Shown here: piece after piece, positions 19,410-29,106 of the stretch
Layout of the letters: every line of letters begins with the position of its first letter
Position numbering within the stretch: position 1 is the stretch's first letter
Origin: a virus
Taxonomy: Duplodnaviria > Caudoviricetes
Strand: one strand, 5' to 3'
IMG/VR virus record: IMGVR_UViG_3300027772_001168
Span: 1 to 44,299 of that record
Length of the DNA: 44,299 bases
Translations under genes and position numbers: made by a program
Notes under the pieces: generated by a model
What the model was told of the DNA's origin: nothing
What the model saw: only the letters and a program-made list of their open reading frames with translations
Database searches by the model: none

Positions 19410-20562
19410 TAAATACTCCCGAGTCAGTGAACTGACTGAATTGTGCTATAGTTTCAGTTGTTACTTCTTTAGTATGTTTGTAAGAATCAATATATTCAGA
19501 TAATTCCAAGTTAAAACCCCCCAATGATTCTTGTCTAATTTTATCTAACTGATTATGATAAAAAATAAATTCTTCAAAATAATTTGGATCATCTATATCT
19601 AACATTTTTAAAACATCGGGGTAGTCCACCACTGTATGTCGAATTTTATCCTTGTATTCTTTTGGTAAACAAGAAATTCTTAAATAATCAGGACTGTGTA
19701 AGAATGATTGTGTTACTAACAAATTAGGATACTTTGATTTAAGGAAAGAGTTTAATTCGTGTAACTTGTTCACATTGTATATGTTAACAGTAGTAGAAAC
19801 TCCTATAGTAGTAGTTCCAGATTTACGAGTTTCAATTAATGAATAAAATATATCTAAGTTTTTAATCACAGTTTCAAAATTTGATTTACTCCTGAAATAA
19901 TCATTAAGTTCACCGTATGCATCAATACTAACTATAAGAGATAACATTTTGCATTGTTGCAATGTTTCTAGTAACGCACCAGATGGGGTAATCATTCCAT
20001 TAGTTGGGGTTGCAACATTTACTTCCGAAATACGTCCAGATTGAATAATTGTTTTAAAAAAATCATCTGCTTTTTTACTTATAAAAGGTTCGCCACCGTG
20101 CATACGTATCTCTGTTAGTTTAGACACATCTATTTCTTTATATCGATTTGCCTCAGTAAATTTCTGCCAGATAATGGCTTTACCAAATATTTCAACCTCG
20201 TCATTGTAAATTAAATGACTTTGCGCTGAAGTACACATTCTACACTTTAAGTTACACAAGTTATCAAACTGTATATGAAGTCCACGAAGTTCAATGTCTT
20301 TAACAACTCCGTATCTTTTTATACTCTGTTCTCGCATTGACTCGATACCCTGTTCTTCTTCAATGTAACATTGTTCGCATCCTGCGACAGGTTTACCTTC
20401 TAGCATCAACTCTCTTATTTCTTGTATCTTTCCAGTTTTAAAAGTTTTATCAAAACTTTCTTTTATAATGACGTTCGTGTCATGTCTGCAACACAACAAC
20501 AGTACATCGCCTGGTACCATCATTGTTTCTCTAAACGGTAGCGCACAATAGGATTTATTCAT
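19402..20562 (-). CDS. Radical SAM protein with N-terminal twitch-like domain
   Basis: YCALPF...LCC...CEQC; CNLKCRMC; GGEPF; SIDA; start reassigned to 20562. Confidence 0.9.
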   Translation of the reverse strand: MNKSYCALPFRETMMVPGDVLLLCCRHDTNVIIKESFDKTFKTGKIQEIRELMLEGKPVAGCEQCYIEEEQGIESMREQSIKRYGVVKDIELRGLHIQFDNLCNLKCRMCTSAQSHLIYNDEVEIFGKAIIWQKFTEANRYKEIDVSKLTEIRMHGGEPFISKKADDFFKTIIQSGRISEVNVATPTNGMITPSGALLETLQQCKMLSLIVSIDAYGELNDYFRSKSNFETVIKNLDIFYSLIETRKSGTTTIGVSTTVNIYNVNKLHELNSFLKSKYPNLLVTQSFLHSPDYLRISCLPKEYKDKIRHTVVDYPDVLKMLDIDDPNYFEEFIFYHNQLDKIRQESLGGFNLELSEYIDSYKHTKEVTTETIAQFSQFTDSGVFNE

Positions 20563-21250
20563 ATATATGTTTTGCTTCTTCCATAAAGTCTGCTGGAAAG
20601 TTTGTTTTAAAACTTTCAAACGCTAACTGTTGTATTTGTTTGTGCGGAGTAGGCATGTTAACATCGATTCCCATGCTAATCATTTTAGGAAATAAATCAG
20701 CTTGCCGTTCTTCGCTAATATGACTCATCACACTACGTAGGCTAATCGGAGAACTTGAGTTGTTGTAACAAAAAAAATAATTGATACTTTTAAGTTGTCC
20801 GTCTACTACAAAATAACTGCTAGGATGTAGACTGTATTTGTATATTCCCAACGCCTTGTGCGCTTTGAATATATCTAACATCTGTTCACGCCAGTTGGGT
20901 AAAATATCATCATACGTACAGTTGTTATCCAATGTCTGTTGCCAAAAATCTACGCCCTGTATTTCAAAATACAGTTTACGTTGTGCTAATTCAATATTAA
21001 TTATTGTAGGAACAAGTGCTGGATACTTGTTACGCATCTGAGTTATATAATTAACTTCACGTAACCACTTTTCTTCCATAAGGCTTGAGTCAACTACTTG
21101 ATTTTGCCCCTTGTGGTAATCAGCATCATTAACATAGTGTTGGCAAAATACAGTTTTGTTTTTGTTTATCAAACTTGTATAAATTAAGTTGTTACGGCAC
21201 AATCCTTTATCGGGAACATTATTATAGTAGTAATCGAAAGAGTCGTTCAT
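20555..21250 (-). CDS. Protein-kinase/APH-like fold protein (degenerate)
   Basis: WLREVNYI, VPTIINI, LYFE, YKYSLHP, KSINY; paralogue of 6205..6873. Confidence 0.5.
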   Translation of the reverse strand: MNDSFDYYYNNVPDKGLCRNNLIYTSLINKNKTVFCQHYVNDADYHKGQNQVVDSSLMEEKWLREVNYITQMRNKYPALVPTIINIELAQRKLYFEIQGVDFWQQTLDNNCTYDDILPNWREQMLDIFKAHKALGIYKYSLHPSSYFVVDGQLKSINYFFCYNNSSSPISLRSVMSHISEERQADLFPKMISMGIDVNMPTPHKQIQQLAFESFKTNFPADFMEEAKHIYE

Positions 21251-21281
21251 GCAAGTACTTATCAGCTAAGTACTTGCATGA
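21247..21281. repeat. Perfect 15-bp inverted repeat spanning both divergent start codons
   Basis: TCATGCAAGTACTTA-tcagc-TAAGTACTTGCATGA; each arm reads TAAGTA-N5-ATG. Confidence 0.9.
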
Positions 21282-22093
21282 TAAAAGGTATTGGCGGTAA
21301 GCCCTATATAAACTTAGATCCGTTTTTGGACATAAAAAACTTCAAAAATTTACATCCAGAAATATGTAAAGGCTTTGCTTTGGCAAGAGATTATGCTAAA
21401 GAAGGAACTTGGATGAAACCAGGATTTGATTGGAAAGACGCTAGTTATATAGTTAATTGGAAACCAATTTATAAAGCTGTAGATGAATATCTAGCATTAC
21501 CAGAAACTGATCCTATCCGTGTTGCCGGCGATCCAATGTACTTTACAGATTTAAAAGATTTTAAAAATCGTAACATATTCACTCGTTATTTAAAAATGGC
21601 CATGGGTGCAAACGATCCTTACATTTACTATTTCCTATGGGAGCAAGGTGACTGGAATGACCGTAGCGCAGAACGCAAACCTACAGAAGAAAGCAAATAC
21701 TTCCCAGGTGTAGTAGCGTGGGTGAACAATCTAGTAAAACAAAACATTATTAGTCAGATTGGTCGCGTTATATTCTTTCATTGCGATCACAATGGGTTAG
21801 GGTTTGAACATAGAGACTTAGATGCTAACAATGGCGTACTAGAAAAGAACTCTTACACAGACCACCGCAACGAATTTATACACATACGGTTTAGAACAAA
21901 ACGTGGATTTTATGTCTGGGATCCGGATACTGAAAACAAACACTACATTAACAGCAATGCTGGATTTTGGAACGACGAAGACTGGCACGGAGGTGATAGC
22001 ATAGCCGAACAAGATTACGCATTACGGATTGATTGTAAATTTACAGACGAATTTCGAGATAAACTTGGAATTGCACACTTAGAGCATTATTAA
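21278..22093 (+). CDS. Putative 2OG-Fe(II)/cupin oxygenase
   Basis: FEHRD...DWHGG...ALRID (HxD...H...R). Confidence 0.6.
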   Translation: MIKGIGGKPYINLDPFLDIKNFKNLHPEICKGFALARDYAKEGTWMKPGFDWKDASYIVNWKPIYKAVDEYLALPETDPIRVAGDPMYFTDLKDFKNRNIFTRYLKMAMGANDPYIYYFLWEQGDWNDRSAERKPTEESKYFPGVVAWVNNLVKQNIISQIGRVIFFHCDHNGLGFEHRDLDANNGVLEKNSYTDHRNEFIHIRFRTKRGFYVWDPDTENKHYINSNAGFWNDEDWHGGDSIAEQDYALRIDCKFTDEFRDKLGIAHLEHY

Positions 22094-22587
22094 TGAAACT
22101 TATTGGTAATTATTCTACCTGGATTGATCCGTTGTGGGAACACAAAATCTTAACACTGGAAGGTCAAGCTCGCCCACGTGATTGGCCACCCTCCACTGCT
22201 GTAGAGTCTGCCGAATATAATAGATACGAAATAGCAGGTTATGATTTAAATGCCGTTAACTGGTGGGTATACGAAGAACAAGATTTAAATTTACAAATAA
22301 ATCCTACATGGACCGCTGGCAATGTACACTGGTGGTTCACTAAACTATTGCCAGGACAGTACATGCCTATGCACACAGATCCACATGCACACAACAAACC
22401 GTGTAATCGATATTGGATGCCTTTACAAGACTACGTTGCTGGTCATGTATTCATTTATAAAGACAAAATGATATCAGGATACAAGACTGGTGATGTTTAT
22501 CAATTTGATAATGAAACAGACATGCACGGTGCCGCCAACATTGGCCATACTCCACGTATCATGTTGTTACTTACGGAGTATCTATGA
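22093..22587 (+). CDS. AspH-like/2OG-Fe(II) oxygenase
   Basis: PGQYMPMHTD...MHGAANIGHTPR. Confidence 0.75.
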   Translation: MKLIGNYSTWIDPLWEHKILTLEGQARPRDWPPSTAVESAEYNRYEIAGYDLNAVNWWVYEEQDLNLQINPTWTAGNVHWWFTKLLPGQYMPMHTDPHAHNKPCNRYWMPLQDYVAGHVFIYKDKMISGYKTGDVYQFDNETDMHGAANIGHTPRIMLLLTEYL

Positions 22588-23342
22588 AGATAGGTTTTTT
22601 TGGAGATAGTTTTGTTTTTGAAATGAGTAATCCTCACAGTTGGTATTACAAATATGACACTTTTTTAAAACACATCAAAGATCATTATGATGCTGAAATT
22701 GTAAACTTAGGAGTTGGAGGCAGTAGTTATTGGGATGTTATGCTAAAACAATTTCCACCGTATGAAACTAACTTACCAGATGTGTGTGTATTTTGTTGGA
22801 CTGATTTTAGTCGTGTATACCACCCCTCTGTAAGAAATATTGGTAGTTGGACTACATTAAAACGTAACTGGAAGGATCTTCACTATTCTCAAATTTTAAA
22901 TCGTAAAGAAATTAATGCTGGTAAGGAATATTTTACACATTTATACGACCATGAAAAAGCAAAACAAGAGTCGATTGCTTCTTTTTACTATTACGATAGA
23001 GAAGTGTTAGCTCCTTTACAACATAAAACTAAAATTATTCACTTGTGGAGTTTTGGAATTACAGGAATATGTAATCGAGAAGATCCATTTTTTCCTGACA
23101 ACGTGAATTACATATACAGATGGCAAACTGGAACAGAGATTCGTCCTAGTCTAAAATGTTTTAGTTCTATTGGAAAAAATACAAAAAATGACGACATGGC
23201 AGCAAATCATTTAGGCAGTTCGCTTAACAATAGGCTAGTTGCTGACATGATTATTGAAGCAATTGATAATCATTCTAACAATCAACTGTTAGTTAAAAAT
23301 GCCATGTGGGAACAGTATCAAATAATTCAGCCTGCAAACTAA
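22584..23342 (+). CDS. SGNH/GDSL-like hydrolase or acyltransferase
   Basis: FFGDSF, NLGVGGSS, C-terminal NH. Confidence 0.65.
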   Translation: MKIGFFGDSFVFEMSNPHSWYYKYDTFLKHIKDHYDAEIVNLGVGGSSYWDVMLKQFPPYETNLPDVCVFCWTDFSRVYHPSVRNIGSWTTLKRNWKDLHYSQILNRKEINAGKEYFTHLYDHEKAKQESIASFYYYDREVLAPLQHKTKIIHLWSFGITGICNREDPFFPDNVNYIYRWQTGTEIRPSLKCFSSIGKNTKNDDMAANHLGSSLNNRLVADMIIEAIDNHSNNQLLVKNAMWEQYQIIQPAN

Positions 23343-24420
23343 AATAAACATTGGCGCTAGGCATGGCAGATTGAATAGCATCTACTAATACTTGCTGTTT
23401 GTACTTTCTATATTCTAAACTGTGGAAAAATACAGTACCTTCGTAATTAAAAATATTTGATAAGTTTATTAGCGTGTCTGGTATGCTGGTATCAATGTGA
23501 TCTACTAAATTATCTTTGCCAAGCAAATCACATAACACAAACTTGTATTCAGGATAACAAGACTGCCAATAATTTAATGACGATTGATTATAATCATACA
23601 TGACAACCGTGGCATCTGATGCTAGATAATCTTTAAACCACATACCGCTTGCAGGTGTTACGATTTGCTTGTATTTCTTAGGAGGCAAGTCTACAGTTTC
23701 GGTATTACTAGTGTGTATAAAAGTATTGAGGCAATAGTTTAATCTATGGTATGCCCATCCTAACTGCTTGTAAAAATCTTTAGGATTTTCTGGATAGAAA
23801 TGAATTTTGTTTTCTCGTATGCTATCATCAAAAACCATAACAGGTACATCGTTATCAAATGCCGTACTTAATATGTTCCAGCCATGACATTTGTGAACGT
23901 ACTCTTTATTTTTAGACCCGTTTATTATAGCTCGTGGAGTATAGTCATCATGATAATTATTACTAGTACGATACGGAATTGTTTGCTGATGCACTGCTCC
24001 TAACTCTTGTTTACCTATTGCCGGCTGTCCTAACATATTATAATGGAACAAATTTATAACATAGCACTGATGATGTAGCTCGTAATATGCATCTTTTCTA
24101 TCTAATATATGACCAGCTATTAAAAAATCAATTTGTATTAGTTTCTCAATTGCTTCAAAAAATTTAGATCCGTTTGTAAATTCTGTGCCGGTGCTAAACA
24201 TCACAGCATGTGAGTATCCCAAAGTTGAAACATGTTTAAGTAACACATCTTCATCCATCCACTGGTATACCGGATAGCCTTTATTGTATATGTTAGCTAA
24301 CACACCGTCTGCTTGATTCTTAATCAACTCTCGAATACCGCTAGCATAACTACGTGTGTTATCCACAAAACAGAACGCAATGTTAGTACGCCACTTGGGA
24401 TTAAATTCTACTACATTCAT
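23293..24420 (-). CDS. Hypothetical protein
   Basis: 375-aa ORF; start reassigned to 24420 (ATGA coupling); no confident family. Confidence 0.7.
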   Translation of the reverse strand: MNVVEFNPKWRTNIAFCFVDNTRSYASGIRELIKNQADGVLANIYNKGYPVYQWMDEDVLLKHVSTLGYSHAVMFSTGTEFTNGSKFFEAIEKLIQIDFLIAGHILDRKDAYYELHHQCYVINLFHYNMLGQPAIGKQELGAVHQQTIPYRTSNNYHDDYTPRAIINGSKNKEYVHKCHGWNILSTAFDNDVPVMVFDDSIRENKIHFYPENPKDFYKQLGWAYHRLNYCLNTFIHTSNTETVDLPPKKYKQIVTPASGMWFKDYLASDATVVMYDYNQSSLNYWQSCYPEYKFVLCDLLGKDNLVDHIDTSIPDTLINLSNIFNYEGTVFFHSLEYRKYKQQVLVDAIQSAMPSANVYFSLQAELFDTVPTWHF

Positions 24421-24893
24421 TTCAAAGTACTTACTTGGCAAGTATAAAAATTTTCAGCACTAGCGTTTGCGGCCCAGTGCTCAACTTCATAATCAAAATA
24501 CCAAACATCACCAGCTTTCCAATCACACAATGTCACATCATCTAATTGCACTACGTGTCCTGGTTTCCAATCTTCCAGCATGATCAAATAGCGTACACAG
24601 TCTTCTGTGCCTACATTCTTTTTAGTTTTAAGCATATAAAATCCATCGCGATGTACAGGTATAATTTCGCGTGGTTCGAGACACAACCAACATACACTGC
24701 CTTCTTGTACATTAAGTTTCTTATAAAACATTTCATAGTTAGGTACATCATTGTTAAACGATTGTTTAAGCATTGTGCCTGCATAGTTAAGATGCGGGAC
24801 AGCATGTGGAGCAATTGGTGTTGTGTGTTTGGCTACATATACGGATAGGTCTTCCTTCCAGAATGGCTCTATTGTATTGGCTTGTCCTTTCAT
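24417..24893 (-). CDS. AspH-like/2OG-Fe(II) oxygenase
   Basis: PREIIPVHRD...DWKPGH...EHWAAN; start reassigned to 24893. Confidence 0.75.
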   Translation of the reverse strand: MKGQANTIEPFWKEDLSVYVAKHTTPIAPHAVPHLNYAGTMLKQSFNNDVPNYEMFYKKLNVQEGSVCWLCLEPREIIPVHRDGFYMLKTKKNVGTEDCVRYLIMLEDWKPGHVVQLDDVTLCDWKAGDVWYFDYEVEHWAANASAENFYTCQVSTLK

Positions 24894-25948
24894 TGGAAAT
24901 AGTCCTCTAATGATCCAGTACGGCGCAAATCCAATGTAGCACAATGGAAGCCACCGCTTAGTGTTGCGGCATGTCGCATTGGTAATGGAATAACTGTGAA
25001 CTTGCAGTTTTCTAATTCACGTATCAATGCAGTTTGTGTGTTGCCCACACATACTGTATTAGGGTTGACACTAAGAATATTCATACCAATGTATGGACTA
25101 CACGGACTAATACTACCCGGCCCACTTGTAGGAGGAACAATAGGAGCAACATCCTGGAAGTAAATCTTGTCCCATGATTCAAATAACTTAGGACAATTAT
25201 CTGGGTTAACGCGAGTACTGTTAAGCAATACAAGTCCTGGACGTAATGGAATAATAGTACTGTCCATGTGTGCAAAACTGTAAATGTGTTCGGCTGCATG
25301 TACACGATATCCACGTCGTTCTAGTGTATTGCGTAACCACTGCAAACCTAAATGGTTGCCAGTGTTGCTAATTTGGAATAATATATCTTTGCCTAAGCGT
25401 ATACAGTTAGGAGCATCAAACACTGGCTCAAGGTTAGTTAAACTTGGCTGACTCAACTCTGTAAAGTTGTAACTAGCATCTGTAAGTATAGGCTTAGGTG
25501 CCGCAATCCATTCAACACCATCTTTAACAGCATCTATCATAATGTCATGATAAGCACGAGTTTCAAAATATCTAGCACGACATGGGCTTGGAGTTTCAAT
25601 CATCAGATTATCCAATGGTAATAACAAGTCGCGCGGACACCAAGTGTACCAACCAGTAGTTTTCCATTCGGGTGTACTAAACTCTACCGACGTATCTTGT
25701 ACTGCTGGCCTGTGTACCTTAACATGACATTGTTCAAGTGCAGAAACTAGTGCTTCCATATCCTCATTAGCTTCATCAATAAGCCCTTGTGGATATTGTC
25801 CTTCTAGTGGGCGTATCTTTTCAATATTGTGATTAGTATAGCACATACTCATGGTGCTGACATCTACGGTAGGAACACGAGCATTGTCTGCCCGGCCTAC
25901 TATAATTTCTTCTAATGGGTCCCAATGATTATGGCTTGATATTTTCAT
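24890..25948 (-). CDS. Amidinotransferase (glycine/inosamine-phosphate amidinotransferase family)
   Basis: WDPLEEIIVG, CPRD, RYFE, FDAPN, HMDST, GGFHCATLD (catalytic Asp/His/Cys). Confidence 0.9.
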   Translation of the reverse strand: MKISSHNHWDPLEEIIVGRADNARVPTVDVSTMSMCYTNHNIEKIRPLEGQYPQGLIDEANEDMEALVSALEQCHVKVHRPAVQDTSVEFSTPEWKTTGWYTWCPRDLLLPLDNLMIETPSPCRARYFETRAYHDIMIDAVKDGVEWIAAPKPILTDASYNFTELSQPSLTNLEPVFDAPNCIRLGKDILFQISNTGNHLGLQWLRNTLERRGYRVHAAEHIYSFAHMDSTIIPLRPGLVLLNSTRVNPDNCPKLFESWDKIYFQDVAPIVPPTSGPGSISPCSPYIGMNILSVNPNTVCVGNTQTALIRELENCKFTVIPLPMRHAATLSGGFHCATLDLRRTGSLEDYFQ

Positions 25949-26604
25949 TCAAAATAACTCTTTTCTATTTGTATGCTCATAATAATCCAGTCGCTATCTG
26001 ACTTATTATCTGCATAATGTTCAATTTGTGGTTCGAATACAAAGTACTCTGCATCTTTAAAATTATAAATCTTTTCATTAAATCCAATGGTAACTAGTTC
26101 TGCTGAAGTTTTTGATACCTGAAGTGTTAGCACTACTAATACTCGAGAGCCATCAGGATCGTCAACGTGTTGTGGAACACTAAAGTTTGGAGTAAATCGA
26201 TTTAAATGAGCATGAAATACTCCAGGTAACGCTTTTACAGCTTTGATAGTTTTTTGGAATTGCTCCTTTACTAAACTGTTTATGTGATAGTTTATTTGAT
26301 CATCATTAACTGGTAATATAAGCAAATACGTCCAGCTTCCAAGTTCAGGAGTTGGCAATGCAACTATGTTGCCACTGGCACTATCAGTTGAATCGAATAA
26401 TATTTTATCATTGCCGGTGGCATATTCCCAAGAAGGTCCAATACTATTTGTTTCTTTTTTACCCTCTTGTAATTTGCTAGCTAATATATCCCAGTTTACA
26501 TTTTTTAATTCTTGATGACAGATTGCAGTCATTGCTTTTAATTCGGCATATCCTTGATAGTCTTCTATATTGTAAACATAACTATGTTCATTACTTTGTG
26601 TCAT
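25945..26604 (-). CDS. AspH-like 2OG-Fe(II) oxygenase
   Basis: PNFSVPQHVD...FEPQIEHYADN. Confidence 0.7.
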   Translation of the reverse strand: MTQSNEHSYVYNIEDYQGYAELKAMTAICHQELKNVNWDILASKLQEGKKETNSIGPSWEYATGNDKILFDSTDSASGNIVALPTPELGSWTYLLILPVNDDQINYHINSLVKEQFQKTIKAVKALPGVFHAHLNRFTPNFSVPQHVDDPDGSRVLVVLTLQVSKTSAELVTIGFNEKIYNFKDAEYFVFEPQIEHYADNKSDSDWIIMSIQIEKSYFE

Positions 26605-27664
26605 TTTGTAGTTCCATTAAATGTGACAAACCTGATTTTCCAAACCAATAAGATTTATCATTATCACTTATTGATAAACCATCGAGGAAATCGTCTTGCT
26701 CTACTCCAATTTTCATATAAACAACATAGTTGTGTTCTATATCAGCATATATTTTATCTTTGTAATTTTGATAATTTTCTAAAAAATATTTAGTATTCAT
26801 TACCACAGCTTCTAAACGTTTATCTTCGTCTTCTATAGTAGCATAGTCTTTAATTAACATATATTCTTCAAATGTACGCAAGCCTAAACTTTTAGCGTAA
26901 TCAAATTGTTCAGGATAACCAGCAAATATAAACGGATGTTTCATAGCTATGGCTCTCCATGTTTTTTCAGTTAAAAATTTAAAATTAGTTGCTGGTGGAT
27001 ATGCATTGCCTTCACTAACAATGCTAAGTACCGTGTCTACAAACACCTGCGGATTCATCCATGCTAAATCCTTAACCCACGGTTGATTGTATGTATCTTG
27101 TTCATCCCATTCTTTTCGTGATACACGTGAATAATTTTTTGATGACTCATATCTATTATCAATGCGATAATCGCAGTCTTTTAAAAATTTTAAATATGTT
27201 TCCTCTGTGTAGTGAGAAAGAGCATTACGACACCACAGTTTATCCTCGTCAGTCCATGGCGGGAAAAATGTCCATAATGCAGTATCTAACAAGTTTGCAT
27301 CATAAAATTTACTCAACAAGTTAATACGATTTGCCCTGCTAGGTACACCGCCTAAAAATAGAAAACGTTGACCTTTACCACTCCAATTTGGCAATCGTGT
27401 ATTTTTAAAACTATTATAAACCATCCTATGATTGTAATTAAAATATAAATGATTATTATCTTCGCACATACCTGCTATTATTTTAACATTAATATTAACT
27501 GGAAATGATTCTGGTTTTCTGTATAAAAACCCATCCATGAGCATTAATCCGTATACAGTGTCAACACCTTGTAATTTTGCTTTTTCTAGTTGATTTATAA
27601 TACGGGCTCGACGCTCGTCCTCGCTTAGGTGTAGCATTTCAAAATTTATTATTTTACTTTTCAT
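26591..27664 (-). CDS. Glycosyltransferase-like protein (GT-B-like TEK motif)
   Basis: FLFLGG...R-NR; SIVSE...FLTEKTWRAI...PFI, as in GT10/exostosin-like phage proteins. Confidence 0.5.
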   Translation of the reverse strand: MKSKIINFEMLHLSEDERRARIINQLEKAKLQGVDTVYGLMLMDGFLYRKPESFPVNINVKIIAGMCEDNNHLYFNYNHRMVYNSFKNTRLPNWSGKGQRFLFLGGVPSRANRINLLSKFYDANLLDTALWTFFPPWTDEDKLWCRNALSHYTEETYLKFLKDCDYRIDNRYESSKNYSRVSRKEWDEQDTYNQPWVKDLAWMNPQVFVDTVLSIVSEGNAYPPATNFKFLTEKTWRAIAMKHPFIFAGYPEQFDYAKSLGLRTFEEYMLIKDYATIEDEDKRLEAVVMNTKYFLENYQNYKDKIYADIEHNYVVYMKIGVEQDDFLDGLSISDNDKSYWFGKSGLSHLMELQNDTK

Positions 27665-28542
27665 AAAATCTTATTAAAACTCAATCGGTTAGTACTGGTA
27701 CCGCGATTGTATTCTTTCCATTCATCTCCACCGATACCAAACAACACCGTATCACTGGGATTAACTTTGTACTGTGAACACAATTCCAATTGTTGCTGTC
27801 TATATTTGTTAAAAATATAATCAGGCCCAAATTTAGATATTAGCTCTAATCCCAATTGTGGTCCTACACGATTTATGTATCCTATTTTGTTTGTAACAAA
27901 CAACCCATCGTCATCATCAACTCGTGTTAGCCGCATGCCTATTCTCGCATGTGCTACTGGAAACACTTTGCTTAAACTGAACGTAATATCGGTGATGCAA
28001 GCATAATTAAAATTGAAATCTATGTTAGCGCATATTCCTAAATATGCACAATCAACCAGTACTGGTATTCCTTTTTCATCACATTGTTTTAACAATGCTT
28101 CGTGTAAGTTATGCTTGGTTCCAGTATCAGAAAACGGCAAACTAATTACTACTGCATCGTTTGGTTCTAAACACTCGTCATCCAGCCACGCCCAGTTGGG
28201 CCAACTGTTACGCCAAGTTAATCTATGGTAAACATATTCACCACGGAAGCAACGAAATCTCCTTGTATGATTTTTAATATAAAACTTATCAAACGCTTCT
28301 GTAGTACCATTGCTGTAACATGCAAACGGAAACTGATCTAATCCAGTTATACAGTTAAGTGTAGTATTATTAATCCAGTCTTTATATTCATTGCAAAATT
28401 CAATTGATAAATCTACACTTAAATCTAATTGTGTTTTATCTATTACTAACAATGCTTCAGGGTCTTTGATTGCCATGGATTCCCCAAACATCATTTGCCT
28501 TTTATCGTTAGGAGGAGACACTAAATGCTGCCTTGTTAACAT
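27661..28542 (-). CDS. PLP-dependent transferase (fold-type I)
   Basis: GTTEAF, LVDCAY, FSLSKVF...RIG (PLP Lys); start uncertain. Confidence 0.75.
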   Translation of the reverse strand: MLTRQHLVSPPNDKRQMMFGESMAIKDPEALLVIDKTQLDLSVDLSIEFCNEYKDWINNTTLNCITGLDQFPFACYSNGTTEAFDKFYIKNHTRRFRCFRGEYVYHRLTWRNSWPNWAWLDDECLEPNDAVVISLPFSDTGTKHNLHEALLKQCDEKGIPVLVDCAYLGICANIDFNFNYACITDITFSLSKVFPVAHARIGMRLTRVDDDDGLFVTNKIGYINRVGPQLGLELISKFGPDYIFNKYRQQQLELCSQYKVNPSDTVLFGIGGDEWKEYNRGTSTNRLSFNKIL

Positions 28543-29056
28543 TCAAGAATATTGTTACACGAGTTTCTAGAGTATCATTCATTCCGCCATGTGGCAGTTG
28601 TCCATCAAACACTAAAGTTTCTCCTGCTTTATTTTTGATTAATTTATAGTCAACTATAGAGTAGCCGTTGTTGTCCATTGGAATTATTATGTTGTAGTAA
28701 CGCCCACTGCTATCATACTCGGGTCGTTTATCGTCATCTAAATGTATTGGAATAAGAGAACATTTATAAAGTATATTAATAGCAAATCTTTCTACACCTT
28801 GCATATTTTTGGCATGCTCTATTATATGTTTTGCTTTATCGTCTAGTTCTTGATTATGTGTCCAATATTCATCTTTAGCGTAAGGGATAACAATAATGCT
28901 TTTCCAATTTATTGATTGGCCGACATTTTTCTCTCCAATGTCAACTCCAAGATGATCAATATCTTGTTTCATTAATTCTTGTACTAGCTCAACGAGTTTT
29001 GGTATTTTATCGTTATCAACGTATGCGCTAGGTTCTAATATCATTGCTTGTTCCAT
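28508..29056 (-). CDS. AspH-like 2OG-Fe(II) oxygenase
   Basis: IPIHLD...GETLVFDGQLPHGGMN...RVTIFL. Confidence 0.75.
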   Translation of the reverse strand: MEQAMILEPSAYVDNDKIPKLVELVQELMKQDIDHLGVDIGEKNVGQSINWKSIIVIPYAKDEYWTHNQELDDKAKHIIEHAKNMQGVERFAINILYKCSLIPIHLDDDKRPEYDSSGRYYNIIIPMDNNGYSIVDYKLIKNKAGETLVFDGQLPHGGMNDTLETRVTIFLNVNKAAFSVSS

Positions 29057-29079
29057 AGTAGCTCCATATTACTACTTAT

Positions 29080-29106
29080 TAAAAATTTCAACAGCTAAGT
29101 AGTATT
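29080..29106. promoter_or_regulatory. Divergent TAAGTA motifs (candidate late promoters)
   Basis: TAAGTA at 29096-29101 then 5 nt then ATG 29107; tactta at 29083-29088 gives TAAGTA on -. Confidence 0.5.
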
